A stretch of 64,000 bases of DNA from Patescibacteria group bacterium (GTDB lineage Bacteria; Patescibacteriota; Patescibacteriia; UBA10025; JBIOWE01), in NCBI GenBank assembly GCA_044868145.1, contig JBIOWE010000004.1, positions 9,395 through 73,394 on the forward strand. The letters are read 5' to 3'. This document shows positions 28,408 to 38,209 of this stretch, in pieces (position 1 is the first letter of the stretch; the number at the start of each line of letters is the position of its first letter). The translations under genes and the position numbers were made by a program. The notes under the pieces are model-generated. The model saw only the letters and a list, made by a program, of their open reading frames with translations. It searched no databases and had not been told where the DNA came from.

Positions 28408-30666
28408 ATGGCAAAAAACCTCGTTATTGTCGAAAGCCCGACAAAGGCAAAAACAATTTCCCGCTTCCTCGATTCCTCGTACCACGTGGAGTCGTCTTTT
28501 GGGCATGTGCGCGATCTCCCAAAAAAGGAGATGGGGGTTGACGTCAAAAGCGACTTTCAGCCAACGTACATTGTGCCGCGCGATAATCAAAAAACCGTGA
28601 CTAAACTGAAGAAACTCGCCGCAAGTGCGCCTACGATTTTCTTTGCAACAGATGAGGACCGCGAGGGAGAAGCAATCGCCTGGCACCTATTGGAACTCAT
28701 GAAACAACCAGACAAAAAAGGCGAAAAAAAGGCGAATGGGATGGAAGAGAAGTCCAAACGCATCGTTTTCCATGAAATTACCGAGAGCGCCATTAAGGAA
28801 GCGCTCAAAAATCCGCGCAGTATCTATTTGAATCTTGTGAACGCCCAGCAAGCGCGCCGTATTCTTGACCGGCTCGTGGGATATGAGCTCTCGCCGTTCC
28901 TGTGGAAAAAGGTAGCGCGAGGTCTTTCCGCGGGGCGCGTGCAATCAGTTGCCGTCCGGCTCATTGTGGAGCGTGAACGGGAAATTCAGGCGTTTAAGGC
29001 CCAGGAATACTGGACCATTGACGCAATGTTCGACAAAGGCGGACAATTCCCGGCCAAACTCGCGAAGCGCGGCGAAAAGGCCATCGATAAGTTTGGCATT
29101 GGTTCGGAAAAAGAAGCGAAAGAGATTCTCACAGATCTTGAAGGCGCCAGCTACACGGTGAGCGGCGTGCAACGCAAGGAAGTGAAGCGCTCCCCTCTTC
29201 CGCCGTTTACAACTTCCACGCTTCAGCAGGATGCGAACCGGAAATTCGGCTTTTCCGCCCGCCGAACAATGATCGTTGCACAACAACTTTATGAAGGTGT
29301 TGAGCTTGGCGGAAAAGGACGCGAAGGATTAATTACCTACATGCGAACCGACTCCGTGAACCTGGCCGAGAAATTTTTGAACGAAGCAAAAGTGTTCATT
29401 GAGCAATCGTTCGGCAAACAGTACACCATCCCGGCGCCCAGACGATTCAAAGCGAAATCAAAGCTTGTCCAGGAAGCGCATGAAGCGATCCGGCCAACCG
29501 AGGTAAGTCACGCGCCGGACAACATACGACAATACCTTTCGGATGAACAATACAAACTCTATTCGCTCATTTGGAACCGCAGCGTTGCAACGCAAATGCC
29601 GGAAGCGATTATGGATACCACGCAAGTGGATATTCAGGCAAGCAAACCGTATACATTCCGCGCGAACGGGAACATGATCAAATTCGACGGGTATTTGAAA
29701 GTGTATCCTGATTCCGTCAAAGAAACCGAGCTGCCGCAACTGAAAGATGGGGACGCGGTAAAACTCGTTGAAATGAAACCGAACCAGCATTTCACCCAGC
29801 CGCCAGCCCGCTATTCAGAAGCTGGACTCGTCAAAGCGCTTGAAGAGCGCGACATTGGCCGACCATCTACCTATGCTTCGATCATCAGCACGATTATTGA
29901 CCGGCGCTACGTGGAGCGAGACCTGCGGCGCTTGAAGCCGACGGATATTGGGCTGTTGGTCAATGACCTGCTCGTTGAGCACTTCCCCCAGGTGATGGAC
30001 TACAAGTTTACAGCGCACATGGAAGGCGACCTCGACGAAATCGCCGAAGGGAGAAAGGAATGGGCGCCGGTGATTCGCGCATTTTACGAACCCTTCAAAA
30101 AAAATCTGGCCAAAAAAGAAAAGGAGCTTAAAAAAGACGATATCGTGAACCAGGCTTCGGACGTTATTTGCGATAGATGCGGCAGGCCCATGGTAATTAA
30201 AACAAGTCGGTTCGGCCGCTTCCTTGCATGCACAGGGTATCCGGAATGCAGAAACACAAAACCGCTCAAGGCCGACGGCCAAATTGAAGAAACTCCGAAA
30301 ACGGACGAGAAGTGCGACATTTGCGGTTCGCCGATGATCGTGAAGCGCGGTCGTTTTGGCGCTTTCCTTTCTTGCTCACGATACCCGGACTGCAAAGGCA
30401 TCAAGCGAATTGAAAAAACAACAGGCGTAACCTGTCCGCAATGCGGCAAAGGCCAGATAATCGAAAAACGCTCACGCAAAGGCAGAACGTTTTATTCGTG
30501 CAATCGCTACCCGGACTGCAAATTCGCGCTTTGGAGTAAACCGACCGGCGAGAAGTGTCCGGAAACCGGCGACTTATTAGTGTACGCCGCTGGCGGAAAA
30601 ATCAAATGCTCGAATAAGGAATGCAAATATACGAAAGAAACGGAAGCAAAGGTAGCGGAACCCTGA
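28408..30666 (+). CDS. topA: DNA topoisomerase I with four C-terminal C4 zinc ribbons
   Basis: TOPRIM N-terminus (LVIVESPTKAKTI, DEDREGE), active-site region, and four CxxC...CxxC modules. 752 aa. Confidence 0.95.
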   Translation: MAKNLVIVESPTKAKTISRFLDSSYHVESSFGHVRDLPKKEMGVDVKSDFQPTYIVPRDNQKTVTKLKKLAASAPTIFFATDEDREGEAIAWHLLELMKQPDKKGEKKANGMEEKSKRIVFHEITESAIKEALKNPRSIYLNLVNAQQARRILDRLVGYELSPFLWKKVARGLSAGRVQSVAVRLIVEREREIQAFKAQEYWTIDAMFDKGGQFPAKLAKRGEKAIDKFGIGSEKEAKEILTDLEGASYTVSGVQRKEVKRSPLPPFTTSTLQQDANRKFGFSARRTMIVAQQLYEGVELGGKGREGLITYMRTDSVNLAEKFLNEAKVFIEQSFGKQYTIPAPRRFKAKSKLVQEAHEAIRPTEVSHAPDNIRQYLSDEQYKLYSLIWNRSVATQMPEAIMDTTQVDIQASKPYTFRANGNMIKFDGYLKVYPDSVKETELPQLKDGDAVKLVEMKPNQHFTQPPARYSEAGLVKALEERDIGRPSTYASIISTIIDRRYVERDLRRLKPTDIGLLVNDLLVEHFPQVMDYKFTAHMEGDLDEIAEGRKEWAPVIRAFYEPFKKNLAKKEKELKKDDIVNQASDVICDRCGRPMVIKTSRFGRFLACTGYPECRNTKPLKADGQIEETPKTDEKCDICGSPMIVKRGRFGAFLSCSRYPDCKGIKRIEKTTGVTCPQCGKGQIIEKRSRKGRTFYSCNRYPDCKFALWSKPTGEKCPETGDLLVYAAGGKIKCSNKECKYTKETEAKVAEP

Positions 30667-30693
30667 GAAAGGTATTTTCTTTGGCGATGAAAT

Positions 30694-31185
30694 ATGAATG
30701 AACAAAAGGTCCTTGATACGATCCAATGGTTTGCGGATCGTTTGCCGAAATTCAACGACGGGAGAATTAATTATGCAAACGCAGGCAAAGCGCCGGTCAT
30801 CAATGTCTTCATCGAATGCGGCGGTGAAATATTGCTGCTCAAAAGAAGCGATAAAGTGCGGGCGTACCAGGGCAAATGGAATTCGCTAGGCGGATATCTG
30901 GACGAGGTAAAACCACTTCGGCAAAAAGTGCTCGAGGAACTTCAAGAAGAACTGGGCATCACCGAGTCCATGATTCAATCAATTGACTTTGGCGAACCAT
31001 TCGAATTTATTGATTCGGACATCAAAAAAACATGGATTATCCATCCTGCACTTGCTCACTTGAAAGAAAAACCCCATATTAAACTGGATTGGGAGCATAC
31101 GGAATATCGCTGGATAAAACCCGAGGAACTAATAAATTTTGAAACGGTATCTAAACTTGATCAAACATTAAAAAAAGTTTTATGA
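30694..31185 (+). CDS. NUDIX hydrolase
   Basis: Nudix box GGYLDEVKPLRQKVLEELQEELGI, matching Gx5Ex7REUxEExGU. Confidence 0.8.
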   Translation: MNEQKVLDTIQWFADRLPKFNDGRINYANAGKAPVINVFIECGGEILLLKRSDKVRAYQGKWNSLGGYLDEVKPLRQKVLEELQEELGITESMIQSIDFGEPFEFIDSDIKKTWIIHPALAHLKEKPHIKLDWEHTEYRWIKPEELINFETVSKLDQTLKKVL

Positions 31186-31580
31186 AGGTAAAAGATATTA
31201 AGCAATCCGTTACATTCAAAACAACACCGCACGCAATCTACAATGCGCTCATGGATTCGAAACAACATGCCGAGTTCAGCGGTAGCGGCGCAGACATCAG
31301 TCCCAAGATTCGCGGAAAGTTTACGGCATACGACGGCTATATCCAAGGAAAAAATATCGAGCTGGTAAAGGACAAAAAGATTGTGCAAGACTGGCGCGCC
31401 GAGGAAGAATATTGGCCAGAAAATCATTATTCAAAGGTTACGTTTGAACTCAAGCCTATCAAAGGTGGCACGCGGCTTGAATTTACTCAAACAGGCGTAC
31501 CAACAGAACATTATGCAGAAATCAACAATGGCTGGCACGAATTTTACTGGAAACCAATAAAGGATTTTCTTGAAAAATAA
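31182..31580 (+). CDS. SRPBCC superfamily protein (AHSA1 / activator-of-Hsp90-ATPase-homolog-like)
   Basis: 132 aa. The pattern of conserved aromatics and the length fit an AHSA1/START-like fold. 4-nt overlap with the upstream gene. Confidence 0.6.
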   Translation: MKVKDIKQSVTFKTTPHAIYNALMDSKQHAEFSGSGADISPKIRGKFTAYDGYIQGKNIELVKDKKIVQDWRAEEEYWPENHYSKVTFELKPIKGGTRLEFTQTGVPTEHYAEINNGWHEFYWKPIKDFLEK

Positions 31581-33057
31581 TATGACATCCCGTGCTTCCG
31601 GTATCCTCCTCCCTGTCAGCAGTTTGCCGAGTCCATATGGCATTGGCGACTTTGGACCCGAAGCGTATCGCTTCGTGGACTTTTTACATAGCGCCGGACA
31701 AAAGCGGTGGCAGATTTTGCCGTTGACGATTCCCGACAATACCGGCTCGCCCTACGCGTCGCCGTCGGCTTTCGCGGGTAACTGGATGCTCATTAGCCCG
31801 GAATTTTTGTTGCAAGCGAAACTCATTGAACGTTTGCCGGCAAGGCAGAAAGTAGGGCCGATTCAACACTCGCGCGCGTGGGTACAAAAAACAAAAATGC
31901 TCCATGAGTCCTTCGCCTTTTTTCATCGTCACTCGTTGACAGAGCAACGAAAACGATTTGCAATATTCAAACAACGCGAGCGCTCGTGGCTCAATGATTA
32001 TGCATTGTTCATGGCGCTTAAGGATTGGTTCTTCGGCAAGCAATGGTACAAATGGCCAACCCCGCTGGCAAAGCGCCAACCAGCGGCACTCAAAAGGTGG
32101 ACGCGAAAACTGAAAAACCAAATTCACTACTCCATGTATTGCCAATGGATTTTCTTCGAGCAATGGCAAAATCTCAAACGGTACGCGAATAAACGTGACA
32201 TTCAAATCATCGGCGATCTTCCGTTTTTCTTGACGAATGACAGCGTGGATGTATGGAAAAACCAACAGCTCTTTCTGTTAATGAGCGAGGGGAAGCCCAG
32301 GTATATTTCCGGCGTACCGCCGGACTATTTCAGCAAGCAGGGCCAGCTCTGGAACGACCCGCAATACAATTGGCGTTCTTTGCAAACCTCGAGCTTTCGC
32401 TGGTGGGTTGGGCGCATTCGCAAGGCAATGGAACTTTACGATTTTATACGCCTCGATCACTTCCGCGGGTTTCGGGCGGTATGGTTTATCAAGCGCGGAA
32501 GCAAAACGGCAAAAAAAGGACAGTGGGTTTCGGTACCGAGCCAAGCCCTCTTCAAAACACTACGGAGAAAACTTGGCAATCTTCCGTTCATTGCCGAAGA
32601 CCTGGGCGTAATCACGAACGACGTGAATATCCTGCGCAAACAATTGGGCTTTCCCGGCATGCGCGTGCTGCAATTCGCCTTCAGCGGCGATCCGAATAAC
32701 TACCACCTACCCGAAAAAATGAGTTTGAATAGCATTGCCTACACCGGCACGCATGACAACGATACGGCGAGAGGGTGGATTGAAGGGTCAGGAAAACCGC
32801 ATCAACGCAGGAACGCGCTGGCGTATGCAAAAGCGACGAAGAAAAATTTCGCATGGAAACTCATTGAAATTGGAATGCGCTCTCGGCCCCACACCTTCAT
32901 TGCACCGATGCAGGACGTTCTCAATCTCGGCAGCGAGGCGCGTATCAATAAGCCATCAACGACACGCGGTAACTGGAGCTGGCGACTGCAACCAAACGTA
33001 TTAAAATCCAATCTTGCAAAACGCCTTAAAAGATTAACCCGAGAAGCAAAACGATAA
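31570..33057 (+). CDS. malQ: 4-alpha-glucanotransferase (amylomaltase, GH77)
   Basis: ASGILLPVSSLPSPYGIGDFG N-terminal GH77 signature. 495 aa. Confidence 0.9.
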   Translation: MKNNMTSRASGILLPVSSLPSPYGIGDFGPEAYRFVDFLHSAGQKRWQILPLTIPDNTGSPYASPSAFAGNWMLISPEFLLQAKLIERLPARQKVGPIQHSRAWVQKTKMLHESFAFFHRHSLTEQRKRFAIFKQRERSWLNDYALFMALKDWFFGKQWYKWPTPLAKRQPAALKRWTRKLKNQIHYSMYCQWIFFEQWQNLKRYANKRDIQIIGDLPFFLTNDSVDVWKNQQLFLLMSEGKPRYISGVPPDYFSKQGQLWNDPQYNWRSLQTSSFRWWVGRIRKAMELYDFIRLDHFRGFRAVWFIKRGSKTAKKGQWVSVPSQALFKTLRRKLGNLPFIAEDLGVITNDVNILRKQLGFPGMRVLQFAFSGDPNNYHLPEKMSLNSIAYTGTHDNDTARGWIEGSGKPHQRRNALAYAKATKKNFAWKLIEIGMRSRPHTFIAPMQDVLNLGSEARINKPSTTRGNWSWRLQPNVLKSNLAKRLKRLTREAKR

Positions 33058-33072
33058 AATATTCTCCCATAT

Positions 33073-33107
33073 AAAAAAGGCAAGCCCAGTGGCTATGCCT
33101 TTTTTTG
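33073..33107. terminator. Bidirectional rho-independent terminator between the convergent malQ and TPR-membrane genes
   Basis: AAAAAAGGCAAGCCCAGTGGCTATGCCTTTTTTT: an A-tract, then a hairpin, then a T-tract. Confidence 0.7.
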
Positions 33108-33134
33108 CATTTTGAGTAATGGATTGCTCTGCTC

Positions 33135-35438
33135 CTATTGTTTTTGTAATGCATCCACTTTCGCCTTCACGTCTTTATTGTCAGGATTCAGCTCAAGTAC
33201 TTTCTTGAATTCCACAAGCGCCTTGTCTTTTTCGCCGGCTTGTTCATACAGAAGTCCAAGTTGCCAGTGAGCGTTCGAGTGGTTCGGCTGCAGTGCAATG
33301 ATTTGCAGATAGACCTCCGTTGCTTCTGCCGTTTTATTATTGCGTTCGTACAGCTGACCGAACGCGTAGAGAATGTCGGTGTTATTGGGATATCCCCGGG
33401 CCAGTGCTTGCATCGTCTCAATCGCTTTGTTGAGCTCACCTTGCGTCTCATACACCAGCGCTTTCTGCAACTGCGCATCAGGAAAGTCACGCTTGAGCGT
33501 TGCGGCTTTTTCAAAGTCCGCCAGCGCTTGCGTCAGAAGATCTTGTGCGAGCTTCTTCTGGTCATCCGTCAAAGTTGCCTGACTGAGAATCTCTTGTGCG
33601 TTGCGGTGGCGAGCCCTGCCGATATTCAATTGGACAACCGGATTATTCGGTTCACGTTCCAATGCCTTCGCCAAGGCAAGAACCACCTGGTCGCCCGCGT
33701 TACTCACAAGCCCGCGCAAACTATCGTACAAGCTCGCCGTATTCTCAAAGACAAGCGGGCTACGCGGATCAACGGCTACGCCCTGGTTTATCTCACTTAA
33801 TGCATTTTGGGTCAGTGATTGTACGGTTGTAACGTCCGGTTTTTCCTTAAGAGCCTGCAACCGAGCGTCGGTCGCGTACGCTTGCGCCAAGAGAAAATGA
33901 TAATCTGACTGGCGCGGATTCAATTGCACAGCGCGGAGCGCATAACGTTGCACAATGGACAAATCGCTGGTCGCGTCTCGCGCTTGCACCGCTTTCACAA
34001 ACGACATGCTCGCGAGCCAAATGCGCGTTCCGAAATAACCAAATACAGCGGTTACGAGGAGAATAATCAGAAAGAGGAACGATAGAATAAGCGGGGTAAC
34101 AGGATACTGAACGAACGGATAGGTCGTTTCCTTTGTTGCCTCCCGATTCATTGCAACAAGGCTCAAGGATAAGAACATCCAAAAGAGAAACTGCAATACA
34201 AATGAAAAAGGATACAAAAAACTAAGAACAAACAACGTTGCCCAGCAACTGAACAACAGGAAGGCGAGGGCCCATTGCTGATCCGGAACTTTTTGCTGAA
34301 GGAGAAGGCGAATAGTTCGGACGAGATACCAAAAACACAGCACGAGTAAAGCGAGCGTGGGAACTATGCCGATTGTCCCGAGATATTGCATCCACTGATT
34401 CGACGCTTTCATGAAACGCAAGCTCCAGACCGGCGAGTTATTAAAGTCAACGGATCGGTAATGCTCAAAATTATAATTAAACGTTTCCGGCCCGGTGCCG
34501 AGAATCGGTCGATTCCGGACCACTTGGCGCACGATGGAGAAACTGGAGCTTTGACTCATCAAAATGTCGTCCGGATAGTTGGTTTTGAGTAGGGCGGATG
34601 TGTCCAGAAAGACGAACACAATGCCAAGCGCAATAAACAGTGTTGGTAGAATTACTAGGTAGCTTTTTGTTTTGTCCGAACGAAACGCCAAAAACGCCAG
34701 GAACGTAAAGCTCAAAATAATAAAACCATACCAACCAAGGGTTTTATCAAGAAGCAACGAAAAAAGGACAACCAGAGCGAATCCTGCTTGCATAGCAACA
34801 CGCATCCACCCGCGACGGACAAAAAAGGACAATCCAAACGCCAGGAAAGCGATGATAATAAGGTAAACCGAGAGCGTCGCCGTCGAATTTGCCAGAAGGT
34901 TAAATGTCGGCGCGTGGGTTAAACTCCACGGGAGGACGTAGATTTTGAACGCTTGCAAAACATTAAAGATGAAAAGGAGGGAGGTGGAGATGAATAAGGC
35001 GGCCAACGCGCGAAAAATATTCTTAGATGACCGGAAGGTTTGCAAACAAAGGAAAAAGAACAAAACAAAAAGAAGCACAGCTGTCAGACTGTCGCTGTAA
35101 TACCCGTTCAATCCGACAATACTTTGAAATTGATTGAAGGAAACAATGGTGGAGAGAACGTACAGTCCAAGAAAAACGACAACAAGATAATCCACAAACG
35201 AGTGAACAAGCATCACCTCACGGCGAAGCAGGGAATTCAAAAGAAATGTAAGCGATGCCAAGAGTATCAAAACTCCGAAGAGCAGCGCCTTGTTCATTTC
35301 GAACGGATCGGAGGTTGTCGGAAGAAAAAATATCGGAACGAGCAATATGGCGATAAGCAAAAAAGCGCGGGTTGCTTTTTCAAGAAAACTTGTACGGATT
35401 GGCTTTTGTTGTGGTCTTGACGTCGTACCGAGAGCCAT
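33135..35438 (-). CDS. Polytopic membrane protein, O-antigen ligase / Wzy-like, with a C-terminal TPR repeat domain
   Basis: More than 10 predicted TM helices followed by multiple TPR units (...ALQPNHSNAHWQLGLLYEQAGEKDKALVEFKKVLELNPDN). The start is set at the second Met, 35436-35438, to avoid overlapping parB. Confidence 0.7.
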   Translation of the reverse strand: MALGTTSRPQQKPIRTSFLEKATRAFLLIAILLVPIFFLPTTSDPFEMNKALLFGVLILLASLTFLLNSLLRREVMLVHSFVDYLVVVFLGLYVLSTIVSFNQFQSIVGLNGYYSDSLTAVLLFVLFFFLCLQTFRSSKNIFRALAALFISTSLLFIFNVLQAFKIYVLPWSLTHAPTFNLLANSTATLSVYLIIIAFLAFGLSFFVRRGWMRVAMQAGFALVVLFSLLLDKTLGWYGFIILSFTFLAFLAFRSDKTKSYLVILPTLFIALGIVFVFLDTSALLKTNYPDDILMSQSSSFSIVRQVVRNRPILGTGPETFNYNFEHYRSVDFNNSPVWSLRFMKASNQWMQYLGTIGIVPTLALLVLCFWYLVRTIRLLLQQKVPDQQWALAFLLFSCWATLFVLSFLYPFSFVLQFLFWMFLSLSLVAMNREATKETTYPFVQYPVTPLILSFLFLIILLVTAVFGYFGTRIWLASMSFVKAVQARDATSDLSIVQRYALRAVQLNPRQSDYHFLLAQAYATDARLQALKEKPDVTTVQSLTQNALSEINQGVAVDPRSPLVFENTASLYDSLRGLVSNAGDQVVLALAKALEREPNNPVVQLNIGRARHRNAQEILSQATLTDDQKKLAQDLLTQALADFEKAATLKRDFPDAQLQKALVYETQGELNKAIETMQALARGYPNNTDILYAFGQLYERNNKTAEATEVYLQIIALQPNHSNAHWQLGLLYEQAGEKDKALVEFKKVLELNPDNKDVKAKVDALQKQ

Positions 35439-35439
35439 A

Positions 35440-36303
35440 CTATTTCGTAAGTTTGCCGATAAGGTCATTCAGTTCCTCTTCAGTATAGTATTCTACCACA
35501 ATCTCCCCTTTTTGTCCTTTTTTGCGGATATAGACTTTTGTCCCCAACGCTTCGCGCAGGCGTTCTTCACGAGCTTGCGTCGGCGCATCAGTCGGCTGCG
35601 GCGCTGCTCCTTGCTTTCGCCGATGGATTCTCGCGCGTTCTTCCAAAACGCGCACGCTCAAGTTGCCGCGCAACACGTCGTTGAAATGCCGCGCCATCGT
35701 TTGTCGGTCCTGGAATCCCAAAAGCACCTTCGCGTGTCCCTCGGTAATCCGGCCCTCCACAAGGGCTTTCTGAATTTCCTCGGGAAGCGTCAGCAACCGC
35801 AAACTGTTTGTCACCGCTGCCCTGCTTTGGCCGACCTTCTTGCCCACTTCTTCCTGGGTCAAATTAAACTCCTCGTGCAAGCGCTTGTAACCCCACGCAC
35901 GCTCAAGCGGGTTCAGGTCTCGCCGTTGAACATTCTCCACAAGCGCAAGCTCAAGTTTCTCCTGCTCAGATGCGCTTCGAATCACCACGGGCACTTTCGC
36001 CAGTCCGAGCTTACGGCTGGCGCGCAAACGGCGTTCACCCGAAATGAGCTGATATCCCATTGGAGTCTGCGTCACAATGAGCGGCTGGAGAATGCCGTGC
36101 TGTTTGATGGACTGGGTAAGATCCTCGAGACTAAAATCGTCAAACTCCTTCCGGGGCTGATGCGGGTTCGTCTGAATCTTATTGACTTCTACTTCAAGAA
36201 TTCGATCAGACGGTCCAAGAATTTCTTCTTTACCTACAATGGTTTTATCGATTTTTGTCGGAATCAAAGCCGCAAGGCCACGGCCAAGAGTTGTCTTCGT
36301 CAT
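35440..36303 (-). CDS. parB: Chromosome partitioning protein ParB/Spo0J
   Basis: GILQPLIV...LISGERRLRAS ParB box. 4-nt overlap with parA. Confidence 0.9.
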   Translation of the reverse strand: MTKTTLGRGLAALIPTKIDKTIVGKEEILGPSDRILEVEVNKIQTNPHQPRKEFDDFSLEDLTQSIKQHGILQPLIVTQTPMGYQLISGERRLRASRKLGLAKVPVVIRSASEQEKLELALVENVQRRDLNPLERAWGYKRLHEEFNLTQEEVGKKVGQSRAAVTNSLRLLTLPEEIQKALVEGRITEGHAKVLLGFQDRQTMARHFNDVLRGNLSVRVLEERARIHRRKQGAAPQPTDAPTQAREERLREALGTKVYIRKKGQKGEIVVEYYTEEELNDLIGKLTK

Positions 36304-37073
36304 GGGGTTTTCTGATGAAAATGCAGGATTTCGTGGGCGAGCCGCTCATACGCTTTCGCGCCTGGAGAGTGCTTATCATAGTGGAGAATCGGCTTGCCGA
36401 AACTGGGCGCCTCCGCCAATTTCGTGGAACGAGGTACAACCACGCGAAAAATCTTATGCGGAAAATATTGATAGAGCTCATGAAAAACGTCCTGCGACAA
36501 TCTGACGCGCTCGTCATACATGGTCATCACCGCGCCGAGAATTGCGAGGTCTTCATGCAAGTTTTGTTTAATTAAATCAATGGTGCCTAACAGCTGGCCG
36601 AGGCCTTCAAGCGCGAGGTATTCTGTTTGAATAGGGATAAGAACTTCGTCGGACGCGACCAAACTATTGATAGTTAAAAGGCCGAGCGACGGCGGGCAAT
36701 CAATAATAACATAGTCATGTTCATCCCGCGCATTTTTCAGTGCTTCCCTGAGTCTGTACTCGCGTTTATCGAGATTCACCAGCTCCACGTTTGCTCCAGC
36801 AAGATCAACCGTGGCTGGCGCAAGTTTCAAACGATCTACTCCCGTGGACTGAACAATGTCGCTTATCGGTACGCCGAGCACAAGTGGATGATAAATGCCC
36901 TGCGCAATTTTTCGATATTCAACACCCAGGCTCGATGAGGCGTTTGCCTGCGGATCCATATCAACAAGCAACACCTGTTTGCCGTGGTGAGCAAGGTATG
37001 CGGAAAGATTAATTGCCGTCGTCGTCTTTCCCACGCCGCCCTTCTGGTTCACGATTGCGATGACACGCCCCAT
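36300..37073 (-). CDS. parA: Chromosome partitioning ATPase ParA/Soj
   Basis: IAIVNQKGGVGKTTTAINL deviant Walker A motif. Confidence 0.95.
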   Translation of the reverse strand: MGRVIAIVNQKGGVGKTTTAINLSAYLAHHGKQVLLVDMDPQANASSSLGVEYRKIAQGIYHPLVLGVPISDIVQSTGVDRLKLAPATVDLAGANVELVNLDKREYRLREALKNARDEHDYVIIDCPPSLGLLTINSLVASDEVLIPIQTEYLALEGLGQLLGTIDLIKQNLHEDLAILGAVMTMYDERVRLSQDVFHELYQYFPHKIFRVVVPRSTKLAEAPSFGKPILHYDKHSPGAKAYERLAHEILHFHQKTP

Positions 37074-37167
37074 AATGCATCGTATAGTATAGCGAAAACG
37101 ATTGTCTTAAACAATCGCTGCGCCAAACACAAAAAGCCGCCCAACCTAACGGCGACTGCGTGCGCTG

Positions 37168-37680
37168 TTACGTTATCAATATAATGCAACCGATGATAAG
37201 CAGCGCTTGTACAAACAAACCTTTTGCCATTGAGATGCGGAATGGCAGAACCCGGTGCATCACATAATGCACTTTTTTCTGGTAGTGTAAAAGGATGGAT
37301 GGTGGGAAGAATCGCGTATATCGCTTCACATGAGAGAAAACCTTTTTGGTATATTTGCTGAAAAATTCATCAAGAAGATACACGGCGTCCGGGAGTACCC
37401 CGCCAATCACACTTGCGAAAAAAACTGGTGGCGTGGGCAGCTTCGTTTTGAGAAAAAACGTCACGAGGATAATGCAAAGAATCGCTAGATCAATGGAAAC
37501 GGTAAAGAATAACCTACTGATTGGGCTCTCCTTCTTCGTCCAGTGCGAGAGGTTGTCGTCTCCGTGAGGAATCATATCGAGTAAGTAGTGGCTGGCAAGC
37601 GACAACAAAAAGGCGGTCGCGGGGTTCTCTGCGTGCTGGCTAATGACGACACCTGCAAGTACATGGGATGTAATAAACAT
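37168..37680 (-). CDS. Membrane-bound metal-dependent hydrolase-like protein (YdjM/DUF457-like)
   Basis: 170 aa with conserved His/Asp positions (SHVLAG...HYLLDMIPHGDD...LPDAVY) typical of that family. Family assignment is from memory only. Confidence 0.5.
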   Translation of the reverse strand: MFITSHVLAGVVISQHAENPATAFLLSLASHYLLDMIPHGDDNLSHWTKKESPISRLFFTVSIDLAILCIILVTFFLKTKLPTPPVFFASVIGGVLPDAVYLLDEFFSKYTKKVFSHVKRYTRFFPPSILLHYQKKVHYVMHRVLPFRISMAKGLFVQALLIIGCIILIT

Positions 37681-37766
37681 TTTTTTTTATTTTTATTGGT
37701 CGATAGGGGTCTGGTGCTCCCGCCTTTGGGGGATCCCGCAAAGCCATCGGAACCAGTGATCTCTCT

Positions 37767-37841
37767 TGGTACCAGGGGTGGGGATTGAACCCACGACCTC
37801 GGGCTTATGAGTCCCACGCTCTACCACTGAGCTACCCTGGC
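37767..37841 (-). tRNA. tRNA with anticodon CAU, elongator Met-like, with the CCA tail encoded
   Basis: GCCAGGGTAGCTCAGTGGTAGAGCGTGGGACTCATAAGCCCGAGGTCGTGGGTTCAATCCCCACCCCTGGTACCA. G1-U72 pair. C11-G24 in the D-stem, so not an initiator. Confidence 0.85.
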
Positions 37842-37946
37842 TCCTTGGTTGCCCTTCGGATTGGCTCAGGGCAATTTTTTTAAATAGAGAAAAAGCTTTG
37901 GAGGTTTTGTTTGTGGATTGGAGAAATACTGAGCTTGTCGAAGTAT

Positions 37947-38023
37947 TGGTTGCGGGGGTGGGATTTGAACCCACGACCTGCGGATTATGAGCCCGCCGAG
38001 CTACCAGACTGCTCTACCCCGCT
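37947..38023 (-). tRNA. Initiator tRNA-fMet (CAU), CCA encoded
   Basis: AGCGGGGTAGAGCAGTCTGGTAGCTCGGCGGGCTCATAATCCGCAGGTCGTGGGTTCAAATCCCACCCCCGCAACCA. 1-72 mismatch (A.A) and three G-C pairs at the base of the anticodon stem. Near-identical to E. coli tRNA-fMet. Confidence 0.85.
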
Positions 38024-38095
38024 ATGAGAGCACTCAACGATATATAAAGAGTCCTACGTATTATATGACAAAACCACAAATTTTGCAAGCGTAAT

Positions 38096-38179
38096 TGCCG
38101 GGAGAGAGACTCGAACTCTCATGGGGTTGCCCCCGCAGGATTTTGAGTCCTGTGCGTCTACCGATTCCGCCATCCCGGC
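38096..38179 (-). tRNA. tRNA-Leu (anticodon CAA) with a long variable arm; no CCA encoded
   Basis: GCCGGGATGGCGGAATCGGTAGACGCACAGGACTCAAAATCCTGCGGGGGCAACCCCATGAGAGTTCGAGTCTCTCTCCCGGCA. Confidence 0.85.
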
Positions 38180-38209
38180 ATGTAATGTTGGATTGTAGGA
38201 AAAAATGTT

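Noticed and set aside
35290-36315. 341-aa plus-strand ORF
   Set aside because: It is antisense to parB and the parA 3' end, both of which have canonical motifs.
37700-37766. Possible tRNA 3' fragment ending ...GGGAGCACCA
   Set aside because: There is no T-arm (TTCRAnY) and no pairing acceptor half. It is more likely a GGGGATCCC-centred hairpin in the 5' region of the downstream gene.
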